From contig JBGSRC010000001.1 in assembly GCA_041737745.1 (NCBI GenBank), positions 18,866 to 82,865 on the forward strand: 64,000 nt of DNA, given 5' to 3'. Origin of the DNA: Candidatus Caenarcanales bacterium (GTDB taxonomy: Bacteria; Cyanobacteriota; Vampirovibrionia; Caenarcaniphilales; Caenarcanaceae). How positions within the stretch are numbered: position 1 is the stretch's first letter; every line of letters starts with the position of its first letter. The position numbers were made by a program, and so were the translations under genes. The notes below the pieces were generated by a model that was given only the letters and a program-made list of their open reading frames with translations, did not search any database and was not told the origin of the DNA. Below are positions 59,850 to 64,000 of the stretch, piece by piece.

Positions 59850-60617
59850 ATGCCTAAGACACTTCTCCACATCAAAAACCTCACCCTAGCCATAAACGGC
59901 AAAGCAATCCTCCAAAATATCAACCTAGAACTAGAACTCGGTCAAAGACTAGCCCTAGTAGGAGAATCAGGCTCAGGCAAAACAATGCTCGGCTCAGCGA
60001 TCCTAGGCTTACTCCCCCCCCAAAGCCTCCTAGGTGGCCAAATAAGCTACAAAAACAAACCCCTCACACAACAAGACAAAAGCGCACTCAGAGGCAAAGA
60101 AATAGCCTATATCCCCCAAAATCCCTTTACAGCCCTAAACCCCGTCAAAAACATCGGCGATCATCTCCTAGAAACCATAGAAGTACTTTGCCCTAGCCTC
60201 CAACAACCAGCAAGAAAAGAACTAGCAAACGATCTGCTCACAAAAGTCCAACTAAAAGGCTGGCAAACAATGAAAGACCTCTACCCCTTCGAGCTCTCTG
60301 GTGGCATGGCTCAGCGTGTGATGGTGGCTCTTGCCCTTGTTGCCTCACCCAAGCTGCTGATAGCTGATGAGCCGACCACTGCGCTCGATCCAGAGACTCA
60401 AGCGGAAATATTGGCGCTAATCGAAGGGCTGGTAAACAAAGCTGAGATGACCTTGATCTTCATCACTCACGATCTAGCCATTGTGAAAGACCTCTGCGAG
60501 CGGGTTTGTGTGATGAAAACAGGACTGGTAGTGGAAGAAGGGGTCACTTCTCAGATCTTTCAAGCTCCCAGAGAGGTTTATACGCAAGAACTTTTGGCGG
60601 CGGCTTTTTATTTATAG
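59850..60617 (+). CDS. ABC transporter ATP-binding protein (Opp/Dpp-type nucleotide-binding domain)
   Basis: Walker A GESGSGKT, signature LSGGMAQRVMVA, Walker B LLIADEPTTALD, H-loop ITHD. 255 aa. No adjacent permease or solute-binding protein gene. Confidence 0.7.
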   Translation: MPKTLLHIKNLTLAINGKAILQNINLELELGQRLALVGESGSGKTMLGSAILGLLPPQSLLGGQISYKNKPLTQQDKSALRGKEIAYIPQNPFTALNPVKNIGDHLLETIEVLCPSLQQPARKELANDLLTKVQLKGWQTMKDLYPFELSGGMAQRVMVALALVASPKLLIADEPTTALDPETQAEILALIEGLVNKAEMTLIFITHDLAIVKDLCERVCVMKTGLVVEEGVTSQIFQAPREVYTQELLAAAFYL

Positions 60618-60863
60618 ATGAAGAAGAAACTTAATTTTTGTTTGATTGTTGTGTTTGTTTTGTTGAGCGCGGCTCAAGCGAAAGAGGCTGTCGATCTGGT
60701 GATTTATAACCATCAGACCAAGAAATTTCATCACCCAAGCTGTGAGTGGGCGATCAAATGCACCAAGAGTTGCGATATTGTCAGTCGTGAGGAGGCTCTT
60801 CGACGCCTTGGGGTTCCGTGTCAGGTTTGTGGGTCTGCTGGTTTGCCTGTGCCGAGGATTTAG
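60618..60863 (+). CDS. Small secreted protein with Ada-like Cys4 zinc-binding motif
   Basis: Signal peptide MKKKLNFCLIVVFVLLSAAQA, then FHHPSCEWAIKCTKSCDIVSREEALRRLGVPCQVCGS. Compare the Ada N-domain FCRPSCRARHALRENVSFYANASEALAAGFRPCKRCQP. 81 aa. ATG immediately follows the ABC gene stop. Confidence 0.45.
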   Translation: MKKKLNFCLIVVFVLLSAAQAKEAVDLVIYNHQTKKFHHPSCEWAIKCTKSCDIVSREEALRRLGVPCQVCGSAGLPVPRI

Positions 60864-60942
60864 CCAGGCTGACCCCTGACCCAATTATTCACGAATCATT
60901 CTTTAGTCTCTATTTCAGATTTTCATTTCATCCCTAAATCAA

Positions 60943-60969
60943 GAGGGGTTTGGGGACGCCAGTCCCCAT
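60943..60969. repeat. G-tract palindrome of the dispersed family (GAGGGGTTTGGGGACGCCAGTCCCCATT)
   Basis: GGGGAC..GTCCCC stem. Lies in the convergent intergenic region between the small secreted protein gene and the SDR gene. Confidence 0.6.
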
Positions 60970-61000
60970 TAAACAAATTTCCCAAACTGACAGTGCTTAA

Positions 61001-61717
61001 TCACCCCAAACTCAGCCCAGCACAAACACAAATATTCTGACCAGTAATAGACTGAGCCTCATCTCCACAAAGAAAAGCAGCCAAAGCCCCAAGCTCACTA
61101 GCCGAAACCCAACGGTGAGCCGGAACAGTAGAAAGAATCTCCTCTTCACTCAGTTCTGTGCGAGTAAAAAGTTCTGTCTTCACCCAACCAGGACTAATGC
61201 AGTTGACGGTGATATCGAGTGAAGCGAGTTCCAAAGCCAAAGAACGACTATAAGCAATGAGAGCCCCCTTGCTGGCCGCATAGACTCCGGCATTTGCTTC
61301 ACCTGTTGTGCCGCTCACTGAGGCAATGTTCAGAATGCGCCCCCAGCGCTGTTGCTTCATATGGCCTAGGCAAAGACTGCTCAGTTTTTCGGCAGCAAAA
61401 AAATTGAGAGCGAAAAGCGCTTGGACATCATTACTGGTCGTGTTTTCAGCTGGTTGCCAAACATAAATCCCAGCATTGTTCACTAGTACCGAAAAGTCAA
61501 AGGTCAGTTTGTTTGCAAGCTCATCCCAGTTTTGACCAATAGCCAAATCCAAAACCAAATAATCCTCTATGAAACCTGCCGCTTTAGCGATAGCAAGACT
61601 TTGCTCATCTCGACCAAGAGCAGTAACCTGAAAGCCTTTTTGCTGCAGTGCTTGGCTGATGGCAAGTCCTATGCCTTTGGCTCCGCCGGTTATCAGTGCT
61701 TTAAGGGGTTTATGCAT
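61001..61717 (-). CDS. Short-chain dehydrogenase/reductase (SDR) family oxidoreductase
   Basis: TGGAKGIGLAI (TGxxxGxG), NNAG, catalytic YAASKGAL (YxxxK). 238 aa. Confidence 0.75.
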   Translation of the reverse strand: MHKPLKALITGGAKGIGLAISQALQQKGFQVTALGRDEQSLAIAKAAGFIEDYLVLDLAIGQNWDELANKLTFDFSVLVNNAGIYVWQPAENTTSNDVQALFALNFFAAEKLSSLCLGHMKQQRWGRILNIASVSGTTGEANAGVYAASKGALIAYSRSLALELASLDITVNCISPGWVKTELFTRTELSEEEILSTVPAHRWVSASELGALAAFLCGDEAQSITGQNICVCAGLSLG

Positions 61718-61837
61718 GCATTGTTAGTGATGGCCATTTAAGACGGGTGGCTATCCCTTCTTGGCTCTTGATTTGTTTAAAGTTTGAGGCAACAGGGCAA
61801 GTTTTGAATAGGTCTTTAACTAACATTGAGTAGAATC

Positions 61838-64000
61838 ATGCCTGCTGCAAAATTATTAAAACTTCTAAGTTTCTTTGCTCTCTTGAGCTTTCTGGTTTCT
61901 TGTAAAACCTGTCCTCCCGGTGACGTGGACTGTATAGTCAAAAACGTCTTTGGAAACAACGACAACGATAATTCGAGCGATGATGACACTATTACTGATG
62001 TCAATATTTCACCCGGAACTGGCTCGCCATCAGTGTCAGTCGGTGGCTCGCCATCAGTGTCAGTAGGTGGTTCGCCATCAGTGTCAGTCGGTGGCTCGCC
62101 ATCAGTGTCAGTAGGTGGTTCGCCATCAGTGTCAGTCGGTGCTTCGCCATCAGTAGCAGTAGGTGGTTCGCCGTCAGTGTCAGTAGGTGGTTCGCCGTCA
62201 GTGTCAGTAGGTGGTTCGCCATCAGTGTCAGTAGGTGGTTCGCCATCAGTAGCAGTAGGTGGTGGTTCGCCGTCAGTGTCAGTAGGTGGTTCGCCATCAG
62301 TGTCATTAGGTGGTTCGCCGTCAGTGTCAGTCGGTGGTGGTTCGCCATCAGTGTCAGTCGGTGGTGGATCGCCGTCAGTGTCAGTCGGTGGTGGATCGCC
62401 ATCAATTGTAAGAACATCTGACTGTGACGGTAGAGTGCCTCCAGTGACAGTCAATTCTATAAATACTGACGTAGCCTTGATTGCGCTGGCAGCATCAACC
62501 CTACAAACTTCATCGGCTAGTGAGATCAATGATTTTTTACTCACAGCAGGTTCACCACTCAGTGGCGATTATGCAAATCCTTTGTTGATCTCGCAAATAG
62601 CAAATTATGATTGGGACAATAACGGCAAGACTTCAGTAGAAGGCGATAGAGCTGATTTAGAGTATACGCTCTTGGTTTCTTTGCTACCGAATGCGGCTAA
62701 AACGCCTGAAATGATCGAAGAAGCGATCACAAAATCAAACAAATTGCCATTGCTTTTAAGCAGAGTACAGATTGGTCAGAATGCTTGCTTGTTTTGCGAG
62801 CTAAATTGCGGCGAAGATGGTTGCGTCACAGTCTGTGATGGCGATCCAGATGATGGAACAGGAGCAGGCGTAGGTGCAGGCGCTGGACCAAATGATGGAA
62901 CAGGTGCAGGCGTAGGTGCAGGAGCTGGACCAAATGATGGTACAGGAGCAGGTGCGGGTGTAGGCGCTGGACCAAATGATGGAACAGGTGCAGGCGTAGG
63001 TGCAGGCGCTGGACCAAATGATGGAACAGGTGCAGGTGTAGGTGCAGGCGCTGGACCAAATGATGGAACAGGTGCAGGTGTAGGTGCAGGCGCTGGACCA
63101 AATGATGGAACAGGAGCTGGCGTAGGTGCAGGCGCTGGACCAAATCCGACCCCAACTACTCCAAGTTGTAGTCCTCCACCGGTGCCTCTCAACGAAATAG
63201 ATGAAGCGGAATCACTGATCTCACTCATTGGTTTTATTAATCCAGAGTTTAGTTATGAAGAATTATTGGCTTCGATCGAAGCTGACTATGGAGTGATCCT
63301 AGACCCAACTTTTTTCACCCCTGAAAAAGTGAAATCAATTCAAGAATATGACTGGGATGGAGATGGCATTAAAGCTAGCACAAACGATTCAGCTTTAGTA
63401 GCAGCTGTCAGCCTAGCTAATAGACGTGGAGGCAATGCAACCAAACAATCAGTCGAAAACTATGTAAATAATATTCTGGAATTCGATCCGCCTCTAGTAG
63501 CGGCAAGCGAATGTGTTTTTGCGCCAGCAATTAACCCATCACCCAGTGAAGTAATAACAAGTCCAACGCCGAGTGCTCCAGTAACTAGTCCTTCAGCTTC
63601 ATCCAGTCCGGTAGTCTGTGACTGCCCTCCTGATGCAGGTTGCCCTCCGGGAGTAGAAGCTTCCTCTGAGACTTTTGAAGTAGACTGCGCTGCTGGAGGT
63701 TCTGGTGGCGGTGGAGAAGATGTCTTGAGTGGTGGATCGGACAGCATCACACTTCCAAGGAGACTTACATGCACTCGTTCAGTCTGTGGAAGCGTAAAAA
63801 CGCCTGAAGCAAGTCCTACACCTGATCTTTTGGGTTGCGGTGATACTTGTCAACCGGGCGCCGGAAATCCTATTGCTCTAGGAACTAATGAACCTGATTC
63901 TTTCGATCTAGATGCTGCCTCTACGGGCACCATTGATGGCGGAAATGGAGACGATAATTTCAATTATTCAGGAGCTAGTATTGGCGCTTTAGATACCTTC
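61838..64000 (+). CDS. Very large repeat-containing lipoprotein (partial; continues beyond window end), with (SPSVSVGG)~16 and (GTGAGVGAGAGPND)~7 tandem arrays and Ca-binding-like DWD(N/G)(N/D)G and GGNGDDNF motifs
   Basis: Codon-by-codon reading from ATG 61838 gives 721 codons with no stop to the window end. The N-terminus MPAAKLLKLLSFFALLSFLVSC is a lipoprotein signal with an LVSC lipobox. The non-repeat segments (62400..62850 and 63140..64000) are open only in this frame. The ORF track lacks this ORF because it has no stop inside the window. The minus-strand ORFs listed there are fragmented. Confidence 0.7.
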   Translation, partial: MPAAKLLKLLSFFALLSFLVSCKTCPPGDVDCIVKNVFGNNDNDNSSDDDTITDVNISPGTGSPSVSVGGSPSVSVGGSPSVSVGGSPSVSVGGSPSVSVGASPSVAVGGSPSVSVGGSPSVSVGGSPSVSVGGSPSVAVGGGSPSVSVGGSPSVSLGGSPSVSVGGGSPSVSVGGGSPSVSVGGGSPSIVRTSDCDGRVPPVTVNSINTDVALIALAASTLQTSSASEINDFLLTAGSPLSGDYANPLLISQIANYDWDNNGKTSVEGDRADLEYTLLVSLLPNAAKTPEMIEEAITKSNKLPLLLSRVQIGQNACLFCELNCGEDGCVTVCDGDPDDGTGAGVGAGAGPNDGTGAGVGAGAGPNDGTGAGAGVGAGPNDGTGAGVGAGAGPNDGTGAGVGAGAGPNDGTGAGVGAGAGPNDGTGAGVGAGAGPNPTPTTPSCSPPPVPLNEIDEAESLISLIGFINPEFSYEELLASIEADYGVILDPTFFTPEKVKSIQEYDWDGDGIKASTNDSALVAAVSLANRRGGNATKQSVENYVNNILEFDPPLVAASECVFAPAINPSPSEVITSPTPSAPVTSPSASSSPVVCDCPPDAGCPPGVEASSETFEVDCAAGGSGGGGEDVLSGGSDSITLPRRLTCTRSVCGSVKTPEASPTPDLLGCGDTCQPGAGNPIALGTNEPDSFDLDAASTGTIDGGNGDDNFNYSGASIGALDTF

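Noticed and set aside
61816-63774. Minus-strand ORFs 61816..62544 (DTDGEPP repeats), 62001..62417, 62776..63228 (PAPTPAPVPSFG repeats), 62826..63155 and 63460..63774
   Set aside because: They are antisense reading frames of the tandem repeats of the plus-strand lipoprotein gene. They are fragmented, lack signal peptides and start contexts, and the non-repeat sequence between them is closed on the minus strand while fully open on the plus strand.

Overview
This 64 kb window looks like a chromosomal segment from a diderm (LPS-containing) bacterium. Supporting genes are bamA-skp, lpxD, dnaG, rplJ-rplL, leuS, prfB, gyrB/parE-type topoisomerase B, mnmE, proC, hisD and aroK. Coding density is high and the genetic code is standard: UGA acts as a stop, and RF2 carries its usual programmed +1 frameshift at CTT TGA. 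The accessory content includes:
- a minus-strand operon combining the GlgE alpha-glucan pathway (glgE-mak) with GDP-mannose synthesis (manC-manB) and a Wzm/Wzt-type ABC exporter;
- a glycan-synthesis region with GT2, GT-A-like and processive synthase-like glycosyltransferases, a TviB/WbpO-type UDP-sugar 6-dehydrogenase interrupted by a +1 frameshift, and an HlyD/co-polymerase-like partner;
- a dispersed family of G-tract palindromic intergenic repeats (GGGGGAGTTTGAGGGC / GCCCTCAAACTCCCCC and GGGGGTTTGGGGGCGAAGCCCCC types), including tandemly duplicated units.

The most unusual observations are the following.
1. A complete GNAT acetyltransferase fold is inserted in-frame inside leucyl-tRNA synthetase, between the CP1 editing domain and the catalytic core.
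2. A very large plus-strand lipoprotein gene (61838 to the window end) with two internal tandem-repeat arrays is absent from the ORF track; the ORF track shows only spurious antisense ORFs across that region.
3. Codon usage is mosaic within genes: long 5' stretches use almost only A/C-ending codons, and the codon choice then switches to G/T-ending codons, sometimes sharply.
4. A small secreted protein carries an Ada-like Cys4 zinc-binding motif.
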